Virus record (IMG/VR): IMGVR_UViG_3300045988_144755
DNA from: a virus
Length of the DNA: 64,000 nt
Direction: 5' to 3' (one strand)
The position numbers were made by a program, and so were the translations under genes. Shown here one piece after another: positions 8,851 through 17,113 of the stretch (position 1 is the first letter of the stretch; every line of letters starts with the position of its first letter). The notes beneath the pieces were generated by a model. That model had not been told where the DNA came from and made no database searches. It was given only the letters and a program-made list of their open reading frames with translations.

Positions 8851-8893
8851 AGTTCCCGATTTTTTTACCCAGAAAAGTCGGGAACTTTTTATT
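8851..8893 (+). terminator. rho-independent terminator
   Basis: Stem AGTTCCCGA / TCGGGAACT with a loop, followed by TTTTTATTT; lies after the stop at 8827. Confidence 0.6.
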
Positions 8894-8909
8894 TATATTT
8901 GGAGGGTTT

Positions 8910-10493
8910 ATGGACAGTTTGCTTTGTGGTTATCTGCGGTTTGGTAAGCCTTTGGAAAAGCAAAGTTTGCTTTTTGTAGTAGATACTGAAGCTACTACAT
9001 CAGGAGGAGTACAAACGGCAAACCCAGTTCATGCTTTTCCTAGGCTATCTAGCGGTAATTTATCTACCGCTACTTTAACTATAGATTGGGGTGATGGTAC
9101 TTCGACAACTATTCCAAAGAATACACCATACGATAATAATTACTTTACTGATTATTCCACGCATACATATGAAGCTCCCGGAAAATATATTGTAACTGTA
9201 GAGGCGTATGATTTTTCTTCTTGTTCCTTTGGCGTAAATTCTAATACGTCTGCCGCATTTTCAAAATTAAAACTGTGGCGGGATACAGTAATTAGCATAG
9301 GCCCAGAAGATGCAGAAGAATATTCTTTGCCTTGTATGAAGAGCGATTTTTCATATGCTTTTGCTAGTTGTATGAAATTGACCAAAGTACCATTCGGATT
9401 ATTTAAGAATAATCCGATGATTACTGATTTTTATAGTGTATTTTATTTTTGTACAGCATTAACTGAAATTCCAGAAGATTTATTCGCGTATACTGATAAA
9501 GTTACTAATTTATCTTTTGCTTTTTGTAATTGTATAAAATTGACAGGGCCTATCCCGGAAGGGTTGTTCGCTAATAATCCCGCTGTAACGTCATTTGACA
9601 ATATATTCCAGCAATGTACAGAGTTAACAGGGCCTATCCCGGAAGGGTTGTTCGCTAATAATCCTGCTGTAACGTCATTTGACAATATATTCCAGCAATG
9701 CACAAAGCTATCAGGGTCTATCCCGGAAGGGTTGTTCGCTAATAATCCTGCTGTAACGTCATTTAACTACACATTCTACGAGTGTTTAGGATTAACTGGT
9801 ACTATTCCTGAAGGGCTGTTCGCTAGTAACCCTGATGTAACGTCATTTGATAATACATTTGTGCGCTGCGCAGGGTTGTCAGGGTCTATTCCTGAAGGGC
9901 TGTTCGCCAATAATCTTGCTGTAACGTCATTTGATAGTACATTCATGCAATGTGCAGGGTTAACAGGGTCTATCCCAGAAAATTTGTTCGCCAATAACAC
10001 TGCTGTGACTTCATTTGATTCTGTATTTTATGCTTGCTACTCGTTAGCAGGAGATATTCCTGAGAATTTATTTATTCATAATAATGAAGTAACTTCATTT
10101 GCTGGTGCATTTTTTGCTTGTAGAGAATTAACAGGGGCTATTCCTAGCGGTTTATTCTCTAGCAAGACTAAACTAACTTCTGTTGAACGTGTGTTTGAAG
10201 GATGCACAGGATTAACGGGGGCTATTCCTGAAGAACTTTTTGCTAGTAGTCCTTTAATCACTTCATTCAGTTATGTGTTTTCTGAATGTACAGGGTTAAC
10301 GGCGGTACCTAAAGCACTTTTTGAAGAAAATATAAATGCTGTAACTTTTATTGAGACATTTTATGGTTGTTCTGGTATAACAAGTGAAGTTCCTGAGCTG
10401 TGGATTTCACACCCGGATGCGACAGGCACATACTGCTATTTGCGCTGCACCAATGCCGCCAACTACGCTGATATTCCCGCTGATTGGAGATAA
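8910..10493 (+). CDS. BspA-type leucine-rich-repeat surface protein (tandem ~28-aa repeats)
   Basis: GGAGGG RBS. Repeats of L(T/S)G(P/S)IPEGLFANNPAVTSFDNIFQQCT..., as in BspA-type LRR proteins. The region is markedly lower in GC than its flanks. Confidence 0.6.
   Translation: MDSLLCGYLRFGKPLEKQSLLFVVDTEATTSGGVQTANPVHAFPRLSSGNLSTATLTIDWGDGTSTTIPKNTPYDNNYFTDYSTHTYEAPGKYIVTVEAYDFSSCSFGVNSNTSAAFSKLKLWRDTVISIGPEDAEEYSLPCMKSDFSYAFASCMKLTKVPFGLFKNNPMITDFYSVFYFCTALTEIPEDLFAYTDKVTNLSFAFCNCIKLTGPIPEGLFANNPAVTSFDNIFQQCTELTGPIPEGLFANNPAVTSFDNIFQQCTKLSGSIPEGLFANNPAVTSFNYTFYECLGLTGTIPEGLFASNPDVTSFDNTFVRCAGLSGSIPEGLFANNLAVTSFDSTFMQCAGLTGSIPENLFANNTAVTSFDSVFYACYSLAGDIPENLFIHNNEVTSFAGAFFACRELTGAIPSGLFSSKTKLTSVERVFEGCTGLTGAIPEELFASSPLITSFSYVFSECTGLTAVPKALFEENINAVTFIETFYGCSGITSEVPELWISHPDATGTYCYLRCTNAANYADIPADWR
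9541..9792 (+). repeat. Three near-identical 84-bp tandem repeats inside the LRR gene (more degenerate copies continue to about 10300)
   Basis: Units 9541-9624 and 9625-9708 differ at only a few positions; the third unit 9709-9792 has a diverged 3' end. Confidence 0.8.
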
Positions 10494-10522
10494 GGTATAC
10501 CCATAACCAAGGAGCGATTGCT

Positions 10523-10693
10523 ATGGATTCATCCCCGATTGAGCCCCCTGTTCAGTGCCAGCCTGTAGTTGTTCAGTGTACGTGCTGCCAGTCGGTGCGG
10601 CAGAATGAAGAGCTTGACCCAATCGGGGGTGTTTTCCTTGTTCTGTTTATAGTGTTTGCCGCTTCTCTGGGCGTATGGTTACATAGGAGTTGA
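10523..10693 (+). CDS. small putative membrane protein (57 aa)
   Basis: GGAG RBS before the ATG at 10523; C-terminal hydrophobic segment VFLVLFIVFAASLGVWL. The track ORF from 10484 has no RBS. Confidence 0.35.
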   Translation: MDSSPIEPPVQCQPVVVQCTCCQSVRQNEELDPIGGVFLVLFIVFAASLGVWLHRS

Positions 10694-10708
10694 GGCTGCG
10701 AAATAAAA

Positions 10709-10741
10709 GCTCCCTACCCGATGAAGGTAGGGAGCTTTTTT
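10709..10741 (+). terminator. rho-independent terminator
   Basis: GCTCCCTACC-cgatgaa-GGTAGGGAGC followed by TTTTTT. It lies immediately upstream of the silent cassette and of IR-L. Confidence 0.75.
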
Positions 10742-10762
10742 ACGGGCCTCGCCTTTTTCATA

Positions 10763-10812
10763 GGCGGCACCTCCACGGTATCGTTCAGTGTGAGTGCCTC
10801 GACATATGCGCT
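10763..10812 (+). repeat. IR-L: 50-bp inverted repeat (49/50 match to 12128-12177), encodes GGTSTVSFSVSASTYAL in frame
   Basis: ggcggcacctccacggtatcgttcagtgtgagTgcctcgacatatgcgct matches the reverse complement of 12128-12177, with a single T/C difference at 10795. Confidence 0.85.
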
Positions 10813-10822
10813 CACGTTAACA

Positions 10823-11561
10823 TCCCCGACCAATGTAAAGACTAGGGTTCCTGAGCCTGTTACTTTTAATGTAACAAAAAATAATAAACCTTATACTGGC
10901 CCGGTGCAGCTTACTTCTAATATCTCACAAGTACCTGCACAAACTATTAATGCACAAAATGGTGTTGGGTCTACGACTATTACTTTTACAGTACATGGAG
11001 ATTATATTATTTATTTGTCTGTTGGCGATTTGACTACACAATATAATTATTCGACTACAGCTTTAACTTACGAATATGTTAATCTTGGTGACGATATAAC
11101 TGGATGGACTTGCCCGCCATCTGCTCCTTTGTATCTTTATTGGCATGGCGTGCGTGTTTACCAAGCTAATGGCCCGGATACTACATCAACACGTATTCAA
11201 GCAAGTAATGGTAAAGTATATTACAAAGGAGTACACCAATCAATGTATAGTTACTCTATTGCAGAATATGACCATTAATGGCGCGTCCACCACGATTGCA
11301 GGGGAGGCGAAGCCCGGCCCAACCTATCTGTATGATAATGAGCATGTTTGGACTGTTTCCAGAACTAACCTTCCCGGAGGGATGGAGTTCAATTCGGTCT
11401 TTTGTATTTGGGGTGGTCAGTCTATTGCAAATACTATGGACTTGGATGCTACTTCGGTGGTTGGTTCTGATGGATATACATACCTTCGCGGGGAATATCA
11501 GGAACAAGAAGTGAGTGGGTCTACCACAAACAGCCATTACTCCATAGCCAGACAAGAATAA
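10823..11561 (+). pseudogene. silent alternative C-terminal cassette for the Ig-repeat fibre (no start codon or promoter, low GC; frame break near 11265-11278)
   Basis: Frame A (10763-11278) continues the IR-encoded peptide for ~150 codons to a TAA at 11276. Frame B (ATG at 11268, to 11561) encodes MTINGASTTIAGEAKPGPTYLYD...YTYLRGEYQ...YSIARQE. This is homologous to the C-terminus of the - strand gene (GNGASTTIAGEAKPEPVYKYDD...HTYLRGELK...YAIARQV). The track ORF starting at 10721 begins inside the terminator hairpin. Confidence 0.5.
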
Positions 11562-11568
11562 AACAGTT

Positions 11569-11595
11569 CCGCCCGCTACATTTAGTAGCGGGCGG
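11569..11595. terminator. bidirectional hairpin between convergent coding ends
   Basis: CCGCCCGCTAC-attta-GTAGCGGGCGG, 11-bp perfect stem, lying between the + cassette stop (11561) and the - gene stop (11602). Confidence 0.55.
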
Positions 11596-11601
11596 ATTCA
11601 T

Positions 11602-14600
11602 TTATACCTGCCGTGCTATGGCATATTTATGTGTTCTTGTGTACGACTGGTCATTCGTTTCTTTCAGTTCTCCACGAAGATATGTATGACCATCAATACC
11701 CTCGGTAGGAGTATCAGTATCTCCCCGACCGCCATTATAAGCGACCATCTGTCCTTCATAGAACAATATGACAAAAGATTCCCCTATACTACCGTCAGGA
11801 GACCAAGTACTCTGCCATGTCCAACTATTGCCATCATCATACTTGTACACAGGTTCGGGCTTTGCCTCCCCTGCAATCGTGGTGGACGCGCCATTGCCAG
11901 AAGCATCAGTAAAGGACACGGTATACGAACCTCCATTCGCATTGGTGCTGGTTAAAGTTTCAGTGAATTGCCCTGCCGAATTGGTGGCCTTCGCCCCGGT
12001 GGTGCCGCCAGAAAGACCGCCAAAGCTCGTTACGCTAACCCCGCTGGTGATGGGGTTGCCGTTGCGTTTGCAAGTGAAGGTGACGGCTGTAGCGGTATTG
12101 TACGCCAGCGTGTTCGGGCTTGCCGAAAGCGCATATGTCGAGGCGCTCACACTGAACGATACCGTGGAGGTGCCGCCGCCAAACGAGAGAGTCACGGTTT
12201 TGCTGCCTATGGACGTTGCCGTCAGGGAGACGGTGAACTTGCCACCGGATGCTGTTGCCGAGGCAGGGCCAGAAAGCCCGGAGCTGTACGACAGACTGAC
12301 GGAGCCAGCGTAGTTGGCGTTGTTCTTCTTGACCGTGAAGGTGACGGAGTCGGGGTCGTTGGTGTAGAGCTGAGAGATGTTTGCCGAAGCAGCGTAAGTA
12401 GCGGCTGCCACCGTAAATGTTGCCGTTGCTGACCCACCGCCGAACGAGACGGTGACGGTTTTATTGCCCGTGGTGGTAGCGGTCAGCTTGTTCGTGCATT
12501 TGCCGTCAGTGGCAGTTGCCGAGGTGCTGCCGGAAAGCCCAGAGGGAAGCGAGAAGGTAACGGCACCATCATAAGCGACGTTGTTCCGCTTCACGGTGAA
12601 CGTCACATTGGAAGCCAAATCTTCCGTCAGGGCTGTGGGCGAAGCCGATACTGTGTATGTAGCTGCCGATACGGTGAAGGCAATGGCGTCTGAGCCACCG
12701 CCGTAGGTCAGAGTGATATTGCCTGCTGTAGTTCCGCTTGCTGCCACTGAGATGGTAAACTGACCAGAAGCGTTTGCCGTGGCAGATGCCGGGCCACTGA
12801 GGTTTCCGCTGTATTTGATGGTGACAGCCCCGGCATAAACTGCGTCGTTCTTCTTCACAGTGAAGGTGACGGACTTGCTGTTGTAGGCTTGGACGCTGGT
12901 GCTGTTGGCAGAGGCCGTGTAGGTGGCTGCCGAGATGGTCATGGTATCGGACGCATTCCCGCCGCCGAAGGTAGCTTTGATGGTACCCGTTCCGGTGGCG
13001 TCTGCGGATACGTTGATGGTGAACTGACCAGAGGCGTTCGCTGTGGCGGATGCCGGGCCAGAAAGCCCACCGCTGTACGTCAGCGTCACAGCGCCAGCGT
13101 AGGCCGCATTGTTCCGCTTCACGGTGCCAGTGATGGACTTTGTTTCATCAACCCGGATGGTGGTAGGACTGACGACGAAGGAGTAGGTGGACGCTGTGAC
13201 GGATACGGCGTCAGTCGCTGACCCACCACCAAAGGTAAACGTCAGGGTCTTGTTCCCGGCTGTGGTGGCGGTAGCCGTGAGTTTTACCACACCATCGGTT
13301 GCCGTAGCGGATGTGGTGCCGGAAATGCCCGTGGGATACTTCACGGTGACGGCACCGGAATAGTTCTTGCCATTGCGTTTCACGGTAGCGGTGATGGTGC
13401 CGGAGACGTTGGTCTTGAGCGCAGCCGAGGTGATTTCAGCGGCATAGGTCGCAGCCTGAGTATCCACCGTGTAGGAGGCGCTTCCGCCGCCGAAGGTGGC
13501 TTTCACGGTGCCGTCTGCGGTTCCGGTTGAGGTCAACGTGATGCTGAACTGCCCAGAGGCATTGGAGGTAGCCTTTGTAGGCGTACCAGTGATGCCGCCA
13601 GAGTAGGCCAGCGTAACGGCCCCGGCATATGCCTTGCCGTTGCGGGTAACAGTGATGGTGTAGTCAGCTTCCTCGTAGGCGGTGATAGTCTTGCTGCTGG
13701 CGTTGATGGCATACGTGGCGGCAGCAACGGTGATGTCCGCCGTATCCGTCCAGTCATCAACCTTGACCGTCAGCGTTTCCGTTCCGGTATCCTCATAGGT
13801 CGCCTTGTACGTGTACTTGCCTGCGGAGAATGTGACCGAGGTGCCGTTGATGGTGCCCTTTCCGGCGTATGCCTTGCCGTTCCGGGTAACGGTCACAACG
13901 GTGGAACCCGCCTCATACTGCGTAAATTCATCGTTGGAGATTGCCAGCGTGTAGGTAGCGGCGGTTACGGTCGCGGACAGTTTCACGCTGCCGCCACCAT
14001 AGGTTGCGGTGATTGTCCCGCTGCCCACGGTATTGCCTGTGATGGTGAACGTCCCGGTGCCGGAAGAGTTGGTGGTGACTTTCGTATCACCGGATACGCC
14101 GCCGGAGTAGGCCAGCGTGATGGCACCAGCATAGGCTTTTCCGTTCCGTTTTGCGGTGATTGTGACTTCTGCGTCTTCAAACCGCTGAACAGTTTTAGGC
14201 GTGATGCTTGCCGTATAGGTGGCTTCAGTGACTGTGACGGATACAGCATCACTGACAGTTCCGCCCCCGAAGGTGGCGCTGATGGTAGACGCGCCTGCGG
14301 TAGCGCCTGTGACGGTGATGGACACGAGGCCGGACGCATTCGAGGTTGTGGATTTTGTGCTGCTGGTAATGTTGCTGTTATGCGCGAGGGTGACGGCTCC
14401 CTGATACGGTTTTCCGTTTCGCTTGACCGTGAAGCTGACGGCCTCAGATTCGTATTCCTGCACCGTGTAGTCTTCAGCTTCAACGCTGTAGGTTGCCGCA
14501 GCTACAGTGACGGACAGCGTGATGGTTTGCCCATCAATGACCAACTTCAGGGATTGCTTCCCGGAAGTATTGTACGTTGTCGTATAGGTGGCCTTGCCGT

Positions 14601-15006
14601 TAGTGAAGGTAATGGCCTTGCCAGCAAGGGTAGCGGCACCGGAGTAGGCTACGCCATTCCGTTTCGCAGTAATCGTAAGGGTGCCCTGTTCGTACTGCGT
14701 GAACGACCCGGACGAAGTTGCCGTGTATGTCGTTTGTGCGACGGGGTAGGTTTGATCCAGAACGGTGGTACCATTTACTTTTACAACGAGGGGATAATCT
14801 CCGGGAGCATCATGGGGGCCGAGGGTGACGTTTGCTACCCCGTTGGAGTTCAGAGTGTATTCCACCCCATTAACGCTGATTTTTTTTCCGGGAATGAGAA
14901 GGTCATTATCATAGAGGGTGATGGCGCTTGTGACCGTATCGCCAGTATACTCTGGAAGCCCATCTACACTGGCGATGTAGAGATGGTCTGTGTAGTACCC
15001 GTACAT
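11602..15006 (-). CDS. giant Ig-like (Big-type) repeat fibre/adhesin, 1134 aa, about 11 tandem ~90-aa domains
   Basis: AGGAGAG RBS. Repeated domain pattern ...TVKRNGKAYAGAVTLAYSGG(V/L)SG...SGQFTI...G.GTI.ATFGGGS... N-terminal about 100 aa are a non-repetitive domain. The C-terminus carries the IR and a TIAGEAKP...YLRGE...IARQV tip. Confidence 0.7.
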   Translation of the reverse strand: MYGYYTDHLYIASVDGLPEYTGDTVTSAITLYDNDLLIPGKKISVNGVEYTLNSNGVANVTLGPHDAPGDYPLVVKVNGTTVLDQTYPVAQTTYTATSSGSFTQYEQGTLTITAKRNGVAYSGAATLAGKAITFTNGKATYTTTYNTSGKQSLKLVIDGQTITLSVTVAAATYSVEAEDYTVQEYESEAVSFTVKRNGKPYQGAVTLAHNSNITSSTKSTTSNASGLVSITVTGATAGASTISATFGGGTVSDAVSVTVTEATYTASITPKTVQRFEDAEVTITAKRNGKAYAGAITLAYSGGVSGDTKVTTNSSGTGTFTITGNTVGSGTITATYGGGSVKLSATVTAATYTLAISNDEFTQYEAGSTVVTVTRNGKAYAGKGTINGTSVTFSAGKYTYKATYEDTGTETLTVKVDDWTDTADITVAAATYAINASSKTITAYEEADYTITVTRNGKAYAGAVTLAYSGGITGTPTKATSNASGQFSITLTSTGTADGTVKATFGGGSASYTVDTQAATYAAEITSAALKTNVSGTITATVKRNGKNYSGAVTVKYPTGISGTTSATATDGVVKLTATATTAGNKTLTFTFGGGSATDAVSVTASTYSFVVSPTTIRVDETKSITGTVKRNNAAYAGAVTLTYSGGLSGPASATANASGQFTINVSADATGTGTIKATFGGGNASDTMTISAATYTASANSTSVQAYNSKSVTFTVKKNDAVYAGAVTIKYSGNLSGPASATANASGQFTISVAASGTTAGNITLTYGGGSDAIAFTVSAATYTVSASPTALTEDLASNVTFTVKRNNVAYDGAVTFSLPSGLSGSTSATATDGKCTNKLTATTTGNKTVTVSFGGGSATATFTVAAATYAASANISQLYTNDPDSVTFTVKKNNANYAGSVSLSYSSGLSGPASATASGGKFTVSLTATSIGSKTVTLSFGGGTSTVSFSVSASTYALSASPNTLAYNTATAVTFTCKRNGNPITSGVSVTSFGGLSGGTTGAKATNSAGQFTETLTSTNANGGSYTVSFTDASGNGASTTIAGEAKPEPVYKYDDGNSWTWQSTWSPDGSIGESFVILFYEGQMVAYNGGRGDTDTPTEGIDGHTYLRGELKETNDQSYTRTHKYAIARQV
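12128..12177 (-). repeat. IR-R: 50-bp inverted repeat partner of 10763-10812, inside the Ig-repeat fibre gene
   Basis: Its reverse complement ggcggcacctccacggtatcgttcagtgtgagCgcctcgacatatgcgct encodes FGGGTSTVSFSVSASTYAL in the - gene frame. Confidence 0.85.
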
Positions 15007-15133
15007 AAACTCTCCTGAATTGTTAATGATTAAATACAGTTACTGTTAAGTATAAGGGAAATTTGCGAAGATGTAAATGTTGCGGTATGGAAGTAATTGC
15101 TTGCGGGTACAGAACTTTTCATCGGAGCGATAT
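15007..15133. promoter_or_regulatory. divergent intergenic region between the fibre gene (-) and terS (+); candidate promoters
   Basis: 127-bp AT-richer spacer; a TTGCGA-17bp-TATGGA candidate on the + strand. Weak evidence only. Confidence 0.3.
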
Positions 15134-15595
15134 ATGAGCGTTATTCTTTCCCAAACCCGGTGGCCTTCCTTGGCGCTCGATTTGGCGATCATGACGGTGC
15201 CGGGTTCCCCATTGACGGAACTGAACACCATCTATGAAACGTATTCGTTGACTCAGAATGAGCTGCGGGAAATTTTGAACAACCCCTATTTCCAGCAGTT
15301 GTTCAATGACGCGTTGGAGCAGGTGAAGGCACAGGGCAACAAGGCGGGCGCGGCCTATCGTGCAATGACGCTTTCTCAGGCTTTATCGGAGAAGCTGTTC
15401 CGGGATGCGAACGGCAACAGGATGGAGCCGAAGGACATGATCAAATTTTACGAGTTGTTGCTGAAGTCTGCGGGGTTGCTGGACAACAAGGACACGCAGG
15501 TCAACACGCAGGTCAATGTCGGCGTCGCGCTGCCGTTGCCGACAGGGTTGAACAACCCCAAGCTCAAGCATGTGCAGGCTATAGGAACCAAATAA
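15134..15595 (+). CDS. putative terminase small subunit
   Basis: GGAGCG RBS; 153 aa helical protein immediately upstream of terL. Assignment is by position and size. Confidence 0.5.
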   Translation: MSVILSQTRWPSLALDLAIMTVPGSPLTELNTIYETYSLTQNELREILNNPYFQQLFNDALEQVKAQGNKAGAAYRAMTLSQALSEKLFRDANGNRMEPKDMIKFYELLLKSAGLLDNKDTQVNTQVNVGVALPLPTGLNNPKLKHVQAIGTK

Positions 15596-15607
15596 AGGAG
15601 CGGGCAT

Positions 15608-17113
15608 ATGGCTTTCAGATATGATATGTCCCCTACTGGCAAGGCGTTCCATGAGTGCGACAAATACGTAAAGATGCTCTGCGGGCCTTACGGGTCTGGG
15701 AAGTCCTGCTGTTGCGCTATTGACGTGCTGTCGTATGCCTGCGCTCAGGCGGTGGCCCCGGACGGGTATCGGTATGTCCGCGTCGGTGTCGTGCGTTCCA
15801 CGTATCCTGAGCTTTTCTCCACGACGCGGAAATCCTTGCTTGAGGTTTTGCCGGAATCGTGCGGGACGATTACGACAGGCACATCCGGGACGCAGGGGCT
15901 GTACATAATCCCGCTGGTGGACGGGACGAAAGTCCACCTTGAAATTGATTTGGTTGCCGCTGCCAGTGTCGATGACGAATGGCGCTTGCGTTCAAGGAAC
16001 TGGACGTTCGCATGGATGAACGAAGCCAACGGCTGTATCGAAGAAGTGTTCATGATGATCACGCAGCGTATCGGGCGCTACCCTTCCGATGATTTGGGAG
16101 GTGTGTCGTGGGGCGGGGTCATTATGGATTTCAACCAGCCCGCGCCGGGGACGTGGGTGGACAACTTTATGCGGAACCCGCAGCCAAACTGGGCAGTGTT
16201 CCGCCAGCCGCCAGCCGCGTTCAAGCATGAAGATGAGCATGGGAACATTACGTATACCGTCAATCCCAATGCGGAGAATTTGCGGAACCTAGGGGCAAAG
16301 GAAGAAGGCGACCCGGAAGATTTTCCTGCCGAGGAGCGGGGCAAGCGGTACTACAGGAACCAGATCGACGCCCTCATCAAACAGGGGCGGTATGATGTCG
16401 TCGATAACCAATACTGCATGTTGGATGTCCCCGTGGTTGACGGGAAGCCAGTCTATCCGGGGTTCAGCAAGCGGAAGCATGTGGCCCCGCAAGTCCTTGA
16501 GCCCCTCATGTTCCATGATATTATCATCGGCATGGATCAATCCGGCATCCATCCGGCAGCGGTTATCCTGCAAAACCAATACGGAAAGTGGTGTGTCCTC
16601 GACGAACTCTACGCCAATAACGAGGGCTTTGAGAATTTCCTCTATGGTATGCTGGTTCCCCGGTTGCGGGAGAGGTATTCGACGAATCCGATAGTTGCCG
16701 CGATTGACCCTAGCAACCAGCGGGATTCGTGGACGGCGACGACGCCGAAGGAACGTCTTGCCGAGGCGGGCATTGCGGCTGTGACCGAATTGACCAACAG
16801 CCCCAAAATCCGTATCCAGATGGTAGAGCACATGCTCAACTTGGATACTGGCGGTTTGCTGGTAAGCCCGAACTGTGAGCTGCTGGTCAACGGGTTTGTC
16901 CATGAATATCGGTATCGCAGGCTTCGGGGTGGGGGTTCCATCGGTGCGGCCTATACGCCACAACCGGAGAAGAACGACGCAAGCCATGTTCATGATGCGT
17001 TGCAGTATGCGGCGCTGCTCATCTACAGGGATGCGACGAAGGATGACCCGGCAGCGGAAGCCCTTGCAAAGAAACTTTCGGATAAACGGCGCGTACTGCG
17101 GAAGGTCGTATAA
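15608..17113 (+). CDS. terL: terminase large subunit
   Basis: Walker A CGPYGSGKS; Walker B-like WMNEANG. C-terminal nuclease-domain acidic motifs (IIGMDQS, HVHDALQYA). GGAG RBS. 501 aa. Confidence 0.85.
   Translation: MAFRYDMSPTGKAFHECDKYVKMLCGPYGSGKSCCCAIDVLSYACAQAVAPDGYRYVRVGVVRSTYPELFSTTRKSLLEVLPESCGTITTGTSGTQGLYIIPLVDGTKVHLEIDLVAAASVDDEWRLRSRNWTFAWMNEANGCIEEVFMMITQRIGRYPSDDLGGVSWGGVIMDFNQPAPGTWVDNFMRNPQPNWAVFRQPPAAFKHEDEHGNITYTVNPNAENLRNLGAKEEGDPEDFPAEERGKRYYRNQIDALIKQGRYDVVDNQYCMLDVPVVDGKPVYPGFSKRKHVAPQVLEPLMFHDIIIGMDQSGIHPAAVILQNQYGKWCVLDELYANNEGFENFLYGMLVPRLRERYSTNPIVAAIDPSNQRDSWTATTPKERLAEAGIAAVTELTNSPKIRIQMVEHMLNLDTGGLLVSPNCELLVNGFVHEYRYRRLRGGGSIGAAYTPQPEKNDASHVHDALQYAALLIYRDATKDDPAAEALAKKLSDKRRVLRKVV

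Larger units (their letters stand above)
10763..12177. other. putative invertible DNA segment (fibre C-terminal tip switch) bounded by 50-bp inverted repeats
   Basis: The IRs are in the same reading frame both in the expressed 1134-aa gene (- strand) and in the promoterless + strand cassette. The convergent alternative C-termini are separated by a bidirectional hairpin. No recombinase gene is evident in the window. Confidence 0.5.

Noticed and set aside
9541-9792. CRISPR-like regular repeats
   Set aside because: The repeats are 84-bp, in frame, and encode LRR units with no unique spacers. Other tandem repeats (21013-21195, 46274-46342, 39960-40434) are likewise coding.
10721-11278. Track ORF start at 10721 (MKVGSFFTGLAFF...) as a genuine gene start
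   Set aside because: The ATG lies inside the stem and T-tract of the terminator at 10709-10741 and has no RBS. The meaningful coding content starts at IR-L (10763), in frame with the - strand gene's IR copy.
3977-12200. Diversity-generating retroelement (Mtd-like targets plus repeated sequence near a fibre gene)
   Set aside because: No reverse-transcriptase ORF anywhere in the window. The repeated 50-bp elements are inverted, not direct, and differ by a single T/C rather than adenine-specific changes. There is no C-type-lectin variable region at the fibre C-termini.
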